In this document: positions 10,781 through 22,200 of the stretch, in pieces
Position numbering within the stretch: the stretch's first letter is position 1
Layout of the letters: every line of letters begins with the position of its first letter
NCBI GenBank assembly: GCA_963663965.2
Contig: CAXXFK010000006.1
Location: forward strand, 128,001 to 192,000
DNA length: 64,000 nucleotides
DNA from: Sedimentisphaerales bacterium
Lineage (GTDB): Bacteria > Planctomycetota > Phycisphaerae > Sedimentisphaerales > SM23-30
Reading direction: 5' to 3'
Translations under genes and position numbers: made by a program
Notes under the pieces: generated by a model
The model's database searches: none
Seen by the model: only the letters and a program-made list of their open reading frames with translations
Told to the model about the DNA's origin: nothing

Positions 10781-10835
10781 CATAAGGCCTCATTTTAATC
10801 TTGCGGTATGCCTTTTGGGTGGAAAAAACATGTTT

Positions 10836-11702
10836 TCATTTTGTGCGGTCTCTACGCATCTGCTGAAACTTGGCAGGGGATTCGCTGGTAATTTTCTTGA
10901 AGATTCGGCTGAAGTAGTTCCGATTGGGAAAGCCTGTTGATAGCGCTATCTGGTCGATCGTTTCATTGCTGTGGAGCAGTAAATGGGATGCCTGTTTGAT
11001 GCGGATCTGGGTAACATAGGCTGCCGGTGAGGTTCCGAGGTGGTTTCTAAACATTTTTGAAAGCCCTTCGATACTCATGCAGGCTATTTCAGCCAGATGT
11101 GAATTGGACAGATTCCGGCCGGTGTTTCTTTCGATATACTGCAACAGTTCTTTAAGTATCCCTGGCCGGTCTTTCATCCAAAGGATGTCCGAATGGGCCA
11201 TGACCACATTCAGCAGGGCAAGGCTGTTACGGTAAATGGCATCTGTTGGCTCATAATTCGTGTTTTGGGCAATCAGTTTTTTGATGTCGCCAATCAGGGA
11301 TAATTCCGTTTTTGTCGGTTTAACTAGAATGGGCAGGGCCTGGGTTGGGCTGACCGAGAGGTTTACGCTGAATGATATCCAAAAGGTTGGAACCGGGTTG
11401 GCTCCAAGGCAATGAAAGAGCTGGTGGTCCGGGATCAGCATGATGTGGTCAGGAGTGATCTCATGGAACTCATCGCCAAAACTTACGCAATGGCCGGATT
11501 TTGAATTGTAATAGAGTCGCCAGAACGGACTGAATACGCTGGGGAAATTCCAGTCTTTGTTGTCGGGTAAAAAGCCGGCTTCATGTATCAGTAAACCGGT
11601 ATGGTCAAATTCTATTCCCAGGGGGTAATATTCTATGCCCACACCGGAAAAGGGTTGGCTGTACGCCCCAATATTGATTCGCGTAAGTGCAGAATAAGAC
11701 AT
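10836..11702 (-). CDS. AraC-family transcriptional regulator, divergent from rhaM-rhaT
   Basis: C-terminal double HTH 'LAEIACMS...LSKMFR...GTSP...GFPNRNYFSRIFKK'; N-terminal cupin-like domain. Confidence 0.92.
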   Translation of the reverse strand: MSYSALTRINIGAYSQPFSGVGIEYYPLGIEFDHTGLLIHEAGFLPDNKDWNFPSVFSPFWRLYYNSKSGHCVSFGDEFHEITPDHIMLIPDHQLFHCLGANPVPTFWISFSVNLSVSPTQALPILVKPTKTELSLIGDIKKLIAQNTNYEPTDAIYRNSLALLNVVMAHSDILWMKDRPGILKELLQYIERNTGRNLSNSHLAEIACMSIEGLSKMFRNHLGTSPAAYVTQIRIKQASHLLLHSNETIDQIALSTGFPNRNYFSRIFKKITSESPAKFQQMRRDRTK

Positions 11703-11829
11703 AAACTATAATATACCAGACATAGATTTTCGTGTCAAGATCTATTATACTTGATTCTGGAAAGGTTCGATGCCACGATTGGACCTGGCGTTTCACTTGA
11801 TTGAAAAATCCACAAATCTGGAGATTGAA

Positions 11830-12168
11830 ATGAAGCGTTATGGAAGTGTTGTTCAGGTCAAAGCAGAAAAACTGGATGAGTATGTAAAACTGCACGCGGA
11901 TGTCTGGCCCGGAGTTCTCAGTATGATCAAAGCATGCCATATCCGGAACTATTCGATTTATCTGCGAAAACTCCCCGACGGCAAGTACTATTTATTCAGT
12001 TATTTTGAATACACGGGACAGGACTTCGACGCGGACATGAAAAAAATGGCCGCAGACGAAACCACAAATAAATGGTGGGAAGTCAGCAAGCCGTGCCACG
12101 AACCGTTGCCTGACCGCGCTGAAGGTGAATGGTGGGCGTCGATGGAAGAGGTGTTTCACTCGGATTGA
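11830..12168 (+). CDS. rhaM: L-rhamnose mutarotase
   Basis: 'EYVKLHADVWPGV...IRNYSIYL...LFSYFEY...WW...MEEVFH'. Start placed at ATG 11830 after GGAG. Confidence 0.88.
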   Translation: MKRYGSVVQVKAEKLDEYVKLHADVWPGVLSMIKACHIRNYSIYLRKLPDGKYYLFSYFEYTGQDFDADMKKMAADETTNKWWEVSKPCHEPLPDRAEGEWWASMEEVFHSD

Positions 12169-12216
12169 GCGAGCGTTCCGTATGCAATGTTCAGATAATC
12201 AATAGAGAAAATACTA

Positions 12217-13293
12217 ATGATAGGCATCACTCCCAATCCATTGCTGGGCACAGGGCTTCACGGAATCGGCGCGATACTGGCGGCAAACTGCTACGCGCCG
12301 CAGAAACTGATCCGCCGCTGGTCATGGGAAATTTTCTGGATGGTGCAGGCGGCCTGGTGCTGGCTGTTGTGGCCGGTGATCGGGGCGATCCTGACGATTC
12401 CGGATCTACCCAAAGTAATGACTGATGCCGTCCGGGAATGCCCAATGGCGCTGGTGTGGTCGTTTTTGTTCAGCATGGCCTATGGTGTAGGTGTTATCGC
12501 ATTCAATTTGTCCATTCGATATATCGGTTTTGCGCTGACCTATGCCATTGCGGTGGGGCTTTCGGCAATATTGGGTACTCTGGTGCCGCCGTTGGTTCGC
12601 GGCAAGTTTGGAGCCATTTTATCAACAAACGGATCAGGCTGGGTCTTGGCCGGTGTGGCGGTCGGTGCGCTGGGGATCGCAGTCTGTGGTATTGCTGGAC
12701 GGTTCAAGGAACGCGATCTGACCGCGCAAAGTGCCGAAAACAGCCAGTTTAACCTGCTCAAAGGATTGGGCCTGTCGCTGGTGGCCGGCGGACTTTCGGC
12801 GGTTTATGGTTTTGCCCTGAATGTGGCCGGCCCGGTCGCCGACATCGCCGAGTCTTACGGGGCCGGACACTGGAAGGGAAATGTGATTTATCTGACCGCC
12901 AATACCGGCGCGTTTGTCACCTCAATGATTTATTGTTTGTTTCTGGCTGCTAGGAATCGTTCGTTCGGCGAATTTGTCCGTCTGCAAGATGGTACCCGGA
13001 GCGCCGGTCTGTGGAGCAATTATATCCTGGCTGTAATGACCGGCACGCTGTGGTACGGTCAGTTTTTCTTTTATAATCTGGGTCATGTGCGCATGGGCCA
13101 CTATGCATTCACAAGCTGGGCCATACATATGATCTTGCTGGTGCTGTTCAGCAATATGACCGGCATTGTCTTTCGCGAGTGGAAAGGATGCCTGTTGCGC
13201 ACGCGTATCGCGATTACGGCCGGTCTGCTGGTGCTGATCGTCTCGGTGCTGTTGGTGACTTATGGAAACAACCTTGGCCAACATGCGGGCTGA
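12217..13293 (+). CDS. rhaT: L-rhamnose/proton symporter RhaT family
   Basis: 'WSWEIFW', 'GLSAILGTLVP', 'WYGQFFFY', 'SWAIHM', 'FREWKG'; about 10 transmembrane segments; adjacent to rhaM. Confidence 0.88.
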   Translation: MIGITPNPLLGTGLHGIGAILAANCYAPQKLIRRWSWEIFWMVQAAWCWLLWPVIGAILTIPDLPKVMTDAVRECPMALVWSFLFSMAYGVGVIAFNLSIRYIGFALTYAIAVGLSAILGTLVPPLVRGKFGAILSTNGSGWVLAGVAVGALGIAVCGIAGRFKERDLTAQSAENSQFNLLKGLGLSLVAGGLSAVYGFALNVAGPVADIAESYGAGHWKGNVIYLTANTGAFVTSMIYCLFLAARNRSFGEFVRLQDGTRSAGLWSNYILAVMTGTLWYGQFFFYNLGHVRMGHYAFTSWAIHMILLVLFSNMTGIVFREWKGCLLRTRIAITAGLLVLIVSVLLVTYGNNLGQHAG

Positions 13294-13349
13294 CAGAGTA
13301 GGGGGGTGGATTGGACTTGATAAAAACACAATGATTTGGAGATATTCAC

Positions 13350-14545
13350 ATGGGCATGTTTGATACAGTTGGAAAGAACGGTCCGGCTCTGGACCGCAAC
13401 GACAATACGCTTAAAAAGCTGAAACGCATAAAAACAGCTTTGAGCCATCAAGAACCCGATCGTGTGCCGATCAGCGATTTTTTCTGGGGCGGTTTGTCAA
13501 ACGCTGGCGAGCGGAGTTGGGACTGCCCCAGGATGCGAATCCGTACTATTATTACGATCTGGATTGGATCGTGACGGTGCCGAATATGGATCCGAAAATT
13601 CAGTCGTTTGAAATGCTGAAAGAAGATGATAATGAGGTCGTTGTCAAGACCGGCTATCGTGCCACTTTGCGTAAAAAATTTGACGCGCCGATGCCGGAAT
13701 TTATCGGTTTCGATACGGACTCGATCGACAAACTCGAAGCGTTTGAGTTTGACGACGCCTATGACAGGCGTCGCTACTACGAAGCCGGTGACAACCAGAT
13801 CGCCGGGGTCGGGGACGGGTTCGAAAGAAATTCGCCCGCGTGGATCGAAACGGTAAAATCTCTGTATCCAGACTTTCCGGTATTCGGCAGTATTACCGAA
13901 GTTAATGAGTGCCTGACCCGGTTGATCGGCCCGGAAAACAGCATGCTTTGGATTGGCATGTATCCGGACAGAATGGGCCGGCAGATCAATCGCATCGGTC
14001 AGTTTTATCTGGACTGCGCCAAAGCGCAGATCGACGCGGCCGGCAATATGCTCGACGGATTTGTCATCTGGGGAGATATCGCCTATCGCAACGATATGTT
14101 TTTCTCGCCTGATTACTGGCGCGAATATTTCAAACCGTGGGTAAAGGCGATTGCGGATTATATGCATTTAAAAGGATTGATGGTTATTTATCACGGTTGT
14201 GGAAATATCAATAAAATTTTCAAGGATTTCATTGAAATCGGAATCGACGCAATGAATCCGCTGGAAGCCAAGGCGGATCTGGATGTCGTTGAATTGCGGC
14301 AGAAATATGGACAAACCTTTGGTGTTTGCGGAAACAGCAACATCCAAATCTGGGAATCGGGCGATCGAGACGCGATTCGCAAGGAAGTCCTGCGCAAGCT
14401 GAACGCAGCCAGAGGGGGGGGGTATATCTTCCAGTCCGATCATTCGGTGGCCAGTGATGTGTCCGGCCAAACCTACGATTATATTGTCAAACTGGTTCGT
14501 GAATATGGAAGCTATCCGCTTAATCTGGATAAACTTGTTTTTTGA
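13350..14545 (+). pseudogene. Uroporphyrinogen decarboxylase / MtaA-CmuA methyltransferase superfamily protein, frameshifted (pseudogene or sequencing error)
   Basis: 'HQEPDRVP' N-terminal motif in ORF 13350; 'WGDIA', 'YHGCG', 'GGYIFQSDHS' in ORF 13517. Adding one T at ~13493-13496 (GGTTTGTC to GGT TTT GTC) restores a continuous ...WGGFVKRWRAELGLPQD. Confidence 0.75.
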
Positions 14546-14569
14546 ATGTCAAGCCTGGATTGGCCTGCC

Positions 14570-14670
14570 ATACCCATCGGATACGATTCTGTCCGGCCAC
14601 GTGGCGGGAAATGGTGCAACGCGGCCATTCTTCTCACGGTTCGACGGACAAAAGCAATCGTGAAAACCAT
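14570..14670 (+). repeat. Intergenic palindromic repeat family, copy 1
   Basis: ATACCCATCGGATA...TGTCCG...TCACGG-N15-CAATCGTGAA; closest to copy 3. Confidence 0.75.
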
Positions 14671-14700
14671 GTAAAAATTTACGTACGAAAAGGAATTAAA

Positions 14701-17415
14701 ATGAAGCTACGGCGATCATTATTCGTGTTGTTCATGCTGGCTGTCTTATCTTCCATTGGGAAGACCATGGCTTATGATTTCTCATCCTATAGCATCACCT
14801 GGGATACGCCATCTCGGGATTCCCTGGATTCCATGCCTCTGTCCGGCCGTCTTGGGGCCGGCGCAAACGTCTGGGTTCAGGATGGTTCAATCTGGCTTTA
14901 CCTGGCCCACAGCGGGGCATTCGATGAGCGGGGGCGCTTACTCAAGCTGGGCTGCGTGCGTCTTACTCCCCAAGGTGTCGATCTTGGCGAAACCGGTTTT
15001 TCCCAGACTCTCGATTCCGGCACCGGTACGATCACAATTGTTCAGTGCGACTTCAAGGCCAAACTCTGGTTTGCTGGCGCGACACTGGTTTTTGAGGCGG
15101 AATCAGCAACCGCCCATCCGCTCGAGGTGGCCTATGGTACCTGGCGGGAGAAAACCAGGGAAGGCATCCGCAATGACATGATGGGTGCAAAGGCCACCTT
15201 TTTGGGCGACCATGTTAAGGCCTCTCCCAGTGGTTTTCTCGCCTTTCATCGCAATTCCGATGACGCTATCGACCTAGCCGGGAAGGCCCGGGGCCAGGGG
15301 ATCGCACCCGAATCCCTACCTGATGTCACTGCCCGCCGGATTTCCGGTTCTGCTATTGCCATCGAGGGCGGCCTGATCGGCCAACCGTCCGAAGCCGCGG
15401 TATGCTGGCAGTTTTGGGATGGGAAGGCCTGGACCGGCATGACTCTGGCACGCCGGCAGCATGTCGTTACCATGCGCCTGGCCGCCGCGGTCGATGCCGA
15501 TCCGGAGAAATGGACAGCCGAAGTCAAGGCGATGCTGGATCCCGCGCAGCGCAAGGCCGCCAAGGCCGACGAACTGAAACGCTGGGAGGAATTCTGGTCG
15601 CGGAGCCATATTGTTATTAATTCCGGACAGGGCGGGTCCGATCCCGGTTTTCTCATCGGTCGCAACTACCAACTTTTTCGTTATATGCTTGCCTGCAACC
15701 GCGACGGTGAGCTGCCCCTGTTGTTCAATGGTGGCATTTTCACAGTCGATAACAACGGGCGTATAAAGGGCAACAACAACGATGAACTGCCCACCTTCGA
15801 GGGCGAGCCGGTTACCCCGGACTTCCGTCGCTGGATGGGATGCTATTTCATGTCCCAAAACCAGCGCTGGCTTGGCTGGCCCACCGTGGCCGCCGGTGAT
15901 AGCGACTTGCTTTCCCCGACCACCCGTTTCTACCGCGATCGTGCGGGTGTCGCCGCCGACCGTGCCAAAGAACAGAACGCAGAGGGTGTGGTTTATACCG
16001 AGCCGCTCGATATCTGGGGTCTTTGTCCGGTGGGTCCGCGACAGGATGGTCTTTGTGGCGCGACCCATCTGACCTACCACTTCTCGATGGGGTTGGAGAA
16101 CGCCTGGATGAACCTGCAGGCCCACTTTAACACCGGTTACCCGATCGATAAGGATCTCAAGTGGATGATCGGCACGGTTTGTTTCTATGACTCCTTCTAT
16201 CGCGTCGAGACCCGAAAGCGCACCGGCAAGGAGCTTGGCGATGACGGCAAGCTGCTGCTTTACCCGCTCAATGGATTGGAATATGCTTCCGGGGCCACCA
16301 ATTCAATCGATGCCGTCTGCGGACTTCGCCGGGTGACCGAAGGCCTGCTTAGTTATTCCAACTTACCGGTGGCCGACCGCGTCCGGCTCGAAAAGATCCA
16401 GGCCATCCTGCCGGAGATCCCCACCGGGATGCGCCAGGGACGCCTGTCTTTGCTGCCGGCCCGCTCAATGGAAGGAGAGTATAACAAGTGGGAACCGATC
16501 GAGATGTATGCTTACTGGCCCTACCGCCTGGTGGGGATCACGCAGCCTGACACCCTGCAATTGGCACGCGATACCTGGGAAACTGTCCCGGCCGACCGCG
16601 CGCGTCTGTGCAAGCAGGATTACTCGTGGATGGCCAATGTCGTGAACATGGCCGCGCTGGCCTGGCCGGAAAAGGCGAAGGATCGCGCGATTTACAAGAT
16701 GGCAAATACCGCCGCGCCGCAGGCCCGTTTTCCGGCATTTTTCGGTCCCGGTCATGACTGGCTGCCCGACCACAACTGGGGCGGCGCGGGTATGACGGGC
16801 ATTCAGGAGATGATTCTGGCTCCGGAACCGGGGCCGAACGGTAAACTGCACCTCTTTGCGGGTTGGCCGACGGAATGGGATGTGGATTTCAAACTGCACG
16901 CCCCCGGCCCGACGGTGGTCGAGGGCGCGCTTGAAGGCGGAAAACTCAAAGCACTCAAAGTCACCCCGGCATCGCGCGAGAAGGACATCGTCAACTGGCT
17001 GGGCCGACAGCCCGCCTATACACCTCCGCCCGTCCCGATCAGCGCCGGCAAACCCATTAAGGCTTCGAGCATCTTTGATGAGCCAGGTTATGATCCGGCC
17101 AGGGCGAATGATGGCGACCTGACCACGCGCTGGGCATCGGATTTTCAGGCCCGCTCCGGCTGGCTGGCCGTTGACCTCGGCAAGGAGGTGGAAATTGATC
17201 ATGTCTGGATTTCTGAAATTGAATGGCGTGAGACTCGTGAGTTTACCATTGAAGTCAAAACGGGAGATAGCTGGAAGGAGGTCGCCCGGGGAACCACGAT
17301 AGGCCCGGACAAGCGCATTGAGCTTACTGGGATCAAGGCGCGGGAGGTGCGGCTGAATGTTCACAAGGCGGAACGGCCGATCAATATCAATGAATTCCAG
17401 GTATTCAGTCGTTAA
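14701..17415 (+). CDS. DUF5703 / GH95-GH139-like (alpha/alpha)6 glycosidase (possible alpha-2-O-methyl-fucosidase) with C-terminal F5/8 (CBM32) domain
   Basis: 'ITWDTPSRDSLDSMP', 'RNYQLFRYMLACN', 'FNGGIFT', 'RFPAFFGPGHDWLPDHNWGGAG'; C-terminal 'ANDGDLTTRW...WLAVDLG'. Signal peptide from ATG 14701 after AAGGA. Confidence 0.7.
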   Translation: MKLRRSLFVLFMLAVLSSIGKTMAYDFSSYSITWDTPSRDSLDSMPLSGRLGAGANVWVQDGSIWLYLAHSGAFDERGRLLKLGCVRLTPQGVDLGETGFSQTLDSGTGTITIVQCDFKAKLWFAGATLVFEAESATAHPLEVAYGTWREKTREGIRNDMMGAKATFLGDHVKASPSGFLAFHRNSDDAIDLAGKARGQGIAPESLPDVTARRISGSAIAIEGGLIGQPSEAAVCWQFWDGKAWTGMTLARRQHVVTMRLAAAVDADPEKWTAEVKAMLDPAQRKAAKADELKRWEEFWSRSHIVINSGQGGSDPGFLIGRNYQLFRYMLACNRDGELPLLFNGGIFTVDNNGRIKGNNNDELPTFEGEPVTPDFRRWMGCYFMSQNQRWLGWPTVAAGDSDLLSPTTRFYRDRAGVAADRAKEQNAEGVVYTEPLDIWGLCPVGPRQDGLCGATHLTYHFSMGLENAWMNLQAHFNTGYPIDKDLKWMIGTVCFYDSFYRVETRKRTGKELGDDGKLLLYPLNGLEYASGATNSIDAVCGLRRVTEGLLSYSNLPVADRVRLEKIQAILPEIPTGMRQGRLSLLPARSMEGEYNKWEPIEMYAYWPYRLVGITQPDTLQLARDTWETVPADRARLCKQDYSWMANVVNMAALAWPEKAKDRAIYKMANTAAPQARFPAFFGPGHDWLPDHNWGGAGMTGIQEMILAPEPGPNGKLHLFAGWPTEWDVDFKLHAPGPTVVEGALEGGKLKALKVTPASREKDIVNWLGRQPAYTPPPVPISAGKPIKASSIFDEPGYDPARANDGDLTTRWASDFQARSGWLAVDLGKEVEIDHVWISEIEWRETREFTIEVKTGDSWKEVARGTTIGPDKRIELTGIKAREVRLNVHKAERPININEFQVFSR

Positions 17416-17435
17416 ACCATTGTAAGGAGCGTCTT

Positions 17436-19223
17436 ATGACCTATAACGCAGTCTGTAAAAGCATGCTTATTTCCGGCTGCATATTTACATTAAATATATC
17501 GTCGGTTTTTGGGGAGTCCACCTTTGCTCCATCCGCCGGGTGGGCGTTGGATGCCGCGCCCGCCGTTCCTGCTCCGTCGGCAGTGGACAGCAAGCCGCCG
17601 GCCGCTCCGGAGGGCTGTCAGGAAGTCAAAATGGATTTTCAAATTGCCGCCGGACCGATTAAGCCCACCTGGGATTCGATCCGTCAGCATCGCCCCGGCG
17701 CTCCCGATTGGTTCCGGCAGGCAAAGTTCGGCGTATTTGTTCACTGGGGGCCTCAGGCCTCGGGCCGTAGCGGTGACTGGTATGCCCGCAATCTTTACCG
17801 GCAAGGCCATCCGGCCTATAACAACCACCTGACGCATTTTGGGCATCCGTCAGAGTTTGGTTACAAGGATGTCCTTAACATCTGGAAGGCTCCAAAGTGG
17901 GATCCGGCGGTTTTGACACACTATTTTTATGATGCCGGAATGCGTTTCATGATGGTGGTCGGTGTTCACCATGATAACTATGACCTTTGGGATTCGGCTT
18001 ATCAGCCATGGAATTCCGTCAATGTCGGTCCCAAACAGGATATGATTGGCGGCTGGTCACGCGAAGCCCGCCAACTGGGCATGCGGTTCGGTATCACCTT
18101 TCATCATGAATACAGTTGGTGGTGGTGGGCGGATGCGTATTCGGCGGACCAAACCGGTCCGAAGGCAGGGATTCCCTATGACGGACGCCTCTTGCTTGCC
18201 GATGGCAAGGGAAAGTGGTGGGAGGGACTCGATCCCCGGCTGCTTTACAATATCTATCTGCGCGAATACTACCAGGTTGCCGAGATACCGTTTACCCGCA
18301 AAGGTGTCTTTCAGGATCATCAGGACTACGCCAAATGGTATGCCGAACGCTGGGCCCTGCGCATCATGGATGCGATTGACAAATACGATCCGGATATGGT
18401 CTATACCGACGGCAACTCTCCTGAACCGTTCAGCGGTACCCGCAGCGGTTCCGGTTTCAAATGCGATGCCGGGAGGCGGGTGGTTGCCCACTATTACAAT
18501 CGTTCACTGGCCCGGCATGGGAAGGTTGATACGCTGGCTCTGATCAAGTTTCAGGGCGGCAATCCAGCCGTTGGCTTGACCTCAGAACTGAATGTTCCGG
18601 GTGACATCAAGCGCGACCAGCCCTGGATCGGTGAGAATCCGATCGGAGACTGGTATTACGGCCCGGGATACTACTACCATGCCGTCAACCTGGTACGCAG
18701 CCTTCTGGAATACGCCTCACGGGATGGTAATTACGCGTGCGCCGTGCCGATTGATCCTGAAGGCGGACTGGAGCCCGAGTGCGTGGCCATGCTCAAAGAT
18801 ATAGGGGAGTGGATGGAGATCAACGGCGCAGGGATTTACGGCAGCACCTCCTGGAAGCGGTGGGGTGAAGGTCAGGTCATCAACGGCCGGCCGCTGGTCC
18901 ACCAGGGCCGACTCTCAAGGGCAACGGCTGAACTGCCGTTCAATACAACGGACTTCCGGTTTACTGTCGGCCGTGACGGCAGCCTGTATGTCTGGTGTAT
19001 GACCGTGCCCAAACCCGGTGAAATTCTGCGGGTCCTCTCGCTGGGTTCCGATTCCGGGCTGCTGGATCGGCCGGTCAAGATGGTAACCCTGATGGGTGGT
19101 TTGGAAGTTCAGCGTAATCAGAAAACCGATGCGCTTGAAATTACCTGTCCAGATTCCATGCCCTTCCGACATGCGGTTGGTTTCAAAGTTACATTACGGC
19201 AGAGGAATTTAGCGTTTCAATAG
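17436..19223 (+). CDS. GH29 alpha-L-fucosidase family
   Basis: 'PDWFRQAKFGVFVHWGP', 'HHDNYDLWDS', 'WNSVNVGPK', 'YTDG'; signal peptide. Confidence 0.9.
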   Translation: MTYNAVCKSMLISGCIFTLNISSVFGESTFAPSAGWALDAAPAVPAPSAVDSKPPAAPEGCQEVKMDFQIAAGPIKPTWDSIRQHRPGAPDWFRQAKFGVFVHWGPQASGRSGDWYARNLYRQGHPAYNNHLTHFGHPSEFGYKDVLNIWKAPKWDPAVLTHYFYDAGMRFMMVVGVHHDNYDLWDSAYQPWNSVNVGPKQDMIGGWSREARQLGMRFGITFHHEYSWWWWADAYSADQTGPKAGIPYDGRLLLADGKGKWWEGLDPRLLYNIYLREYYQVAEIPFTRKGVFQDHQDYAKWYAERWALRIMDAIDKYDPDMVYTDGNSPEPFSGTRSGSGFKCDAGRRVVAHYYNRSLARHGKVDTLALIKFQGGNPAVGLTSELNVPGDIKRDQPWIGENPIGDWYYGPGYYYHAVNLVRSLLEYASRDGNYACAVPIDPEGGLEPECVAMLKDIGEWMEINGAGIYGSTSWKRWGEGQVINGRPLVHQGRLSRATAELPFNTTDFRFTVGRDGSLYVWCMTVPKPGEILRVLSLGSDSGLLDRPVKMVTLMGGLEVQRNQKTDALEITCPDSMPFRHAVGFKVTLRQRNLAFQ

Positions 19224-19278
19224 GATTGAGCGCCGTTTATAATCTTGACAATAAAATTAATTAAGGCAGAGTAAAACA

Positions 19279-22200
19279 ATGAAACTACAATTTATCCAGG
19301 CGGTCCTTTTCTCGGCGGTTTTGACCGCTGTTGGCGCTGAACCTTCCCTAGAAGATATGTTCGAGAATCCCCCGATTGCGGCCCGTCCGTATGTGTGGTG
19401 GCACTGGATGGGGCCGAATTATTCAAAAGAGGGAATCACCAAGGATCTGGAGGCGATGAAGGCGGCGGGGATTGGCGGGGCGACTATTTTCAATATTGCC
19501 TCGGCAGTGCAGGAAAGCCATGCGCCTACGGAGGATAATCCTTGGCCGGAGCAGACCTATCGCAGCCCGGCGTACTGGAAGGCGCTGCGGCACGCGGCCA
19601 GGGAGGCGGAGCGGCTGGGTCTGGAGATCGGTCTGCACAACACGGCGGGTTATTCAACGACGGGCGGGCCTTGGGTGAATGAGGTACGAGGAATGCAGAA
19701 GGTGGTGTGGATGTCAACGGTTATCGAAGGCGGCAAGCCGGTTTTGATGGAACTGCCCAAGCCGGAACAGCCCAGGTATTCGGGGTGGGGCAGCACAGGG
19801 CAGGTATCGGTCTACTATCAGGATATTGGCGTGGTCGCACTGCCGTCGGGAGATGGACCGGTTAAACCGGAGACGATTGTTGACCTGACAGATCGGTTTA
19901 ACAACGGCCGTCTGGAGTGGGATGTTCCTGCGGGAAAGTGGACGGTGATTCGCTTCGGTCATGCGCCGGCAGGAACCAATCCCCACCCGCTGCCGGATGA
20001 TCTGATCGGCAAATCACTGGAGATCGACAAAATGAGCGTCGAGCAGAGTCGATTTCACTGGATGCAAGTGATTGAGCCATTTAAGGAGCATCTCGGGCCA
20101 TATTTGGGCAAGAGTTTTCGGCATTTTCTGATTGACAGTTATGAGGCGGGACACCAGAGTTGGACACCGGGTTTCCGCGAAGAGTTTAAGAAACGCAAGG
20201 GATACGATCCGCTTTTGTGGATGGCCAGCCTGACACCGTCAGTGACGGGGGTGGCAAAGGGCAAGATCGGCCGGATGGTCGGCAGCGAGGATCTGACAAA
20301 CCGGTTTGAATGGGATTACCGTGATATGCTTAATCAGCTGTATTTTGAGAACGGTTGGCAAATTGGCAAAGCGGCGATAAAATCCATCGGTTGTGATCTT
20401 CAGTTTGAGCCTTATGGAGGGCCGTTTGATACGATCGAGGGCGCTGAACTGGCGGATTTGCCCATGGGTGAGTTCTGGACCGGCGGTCGGGGCGGCATCA
20501 GTAACAAGGTCGTGGCCGGCGGGCGTGCGGCCGGGCGGACGGTGATCGGGGCCGAGGCCTTTACGGGTCGGCCTGAGGTGAGCAAATGGACGGAGACGCC
20601 GGGATTCCTGAAACTGTCGGCGGACGGCAGCTACGGAGTGGGTGTTAACCGGATGATCCTGCATCACTGGGTTCATCAGCCGTTCAGTGACAAATACCAG
20701 CCGGGAATGGGCATGGGCTGGTGGGGGACGCACTTTGGCCGTAACCAGACTTGGTTTGAACCGGGCAAGGCGTTCTTCCTTTATCTGGGGCGGGTGCAGG
20801 CAATGCTGCAGCGTGGTGAAACTCCGTCTGATTTTGTCAGTGTAGAATCCGTGCGGGGTGGGAGCGATGTTATGTCCTGGTCCGCGTTTCGTAAAGATGT
20901 CTCGGTTAAAGACGGCCAGATCGTACTGGCCAGTGGCCGAACATATCCTTTCCTGTCGATTCCGCATTCGGGAGCGATGCTGCCGTCGGATGTGCGGCGG
21001 ATTGGCGAGCTGCTGGACCAGGGTGCGGTGATTGTTTGCAGAAAGCCGTTGCGGTCTCCGAGCCTGGCGGATTACCCCAGCTGTGACAGCGAGGTGAAAC
21101 AGCTGGCCGAGCGGATCTGGAGCAGCGACAGCCGGCCGGTCCGCAGCGTCGGGAAAGGCAAACTGTATGCCTCAGGCGATGTGGAAAAGGTATTAAGGGA
21201 TTTGAAGATCAATTCCGCTTACGAGATCCGCAGTGCCGATCCCGGTGATATTCGTATTCAGCATCGAATCGATGGAAATACCGACATTTTCTTTGTGGCC
21301 AATGTCAACGATTCACGGCGGAATGCGACCGTCTCGTTTCGTGTCGCGAAACGGCGGCCGGAATTGTGGGATGCCGAAACCGGGACGATTGCTCCGGCCG
21401 GTCTCTGGCGTCAAAAGGAGGGGCGAACCGAGGTTCAGGTTGATCTGGAGGCTGCGAAGTCTGTTTTTGTTGTTTTTCGGGAGGAAAATTTGACGCAAGA
21501 CCATGCGGTTGCAATCGAACAGGCGGGGCGATCTAAGCTTCGTATTCTCTCAGCGCGGTTCGGGACAGAACAGACCGGCTTCTGGAAGGACGCCTCGGCA
21601 CGGATTCAGGAATTGGCAGCGAGAGGATGGCTGGATATCGAAGTGAACCTGTCTACATTGGCCCTGGGCGATCCGGCTCCTAACATTGTCAAGTCATTGG
21701 AAATTGACTATGATCTGGATGGAAAAAAAGGGAGCATTCTCCGTAAAGAAGGAGAAAAGATTACCCTCGGCAAACATGCGGACGGGATCCTCGAGGTAAA
21801 GGGACTCACCGACGGAGGCGTCAATCTGTTTTCTCATGAGCCGGTTACCGGAAACGTGATTTTTGCGTCCGGCAGAAAGCGGCCGTTTGAATTATCCGCT
21901 TCTCGAGAGGTAGAAATCTCCGGCATGTGGACGGTTGATTTCAATTCTCCAGTGGACAAACCGTCTTCGCAAAAAATGACGGTCTTGCGGTCATTGAGTC
22001 AAAGCGATGAGTCGTCGGTCAAATATTTCTCAGGTACGGCCGCTTATTCCAACACCTTTACCGTGGACAGAATTGCCCCGGCTGAACGGGTTTTGCTGGA
22101 TCTGGGCGACGTTTATGACATGGCCGATGTAACGGTCAACGGCATATCCCTCGGGGTGCTGTGGCATAGGCCCTTTGTTGCGGATATTACTGGTTTTGTC

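Noticed and set aside
13493..13496. Programmed -1 frameshift in the UroD-like gene
   Set aside because: No canonical slippery heptamer at the switch point. A single missing base in a T-run (mutation or sequencing error) explains it, as with the other 1-nt deletions in the window.
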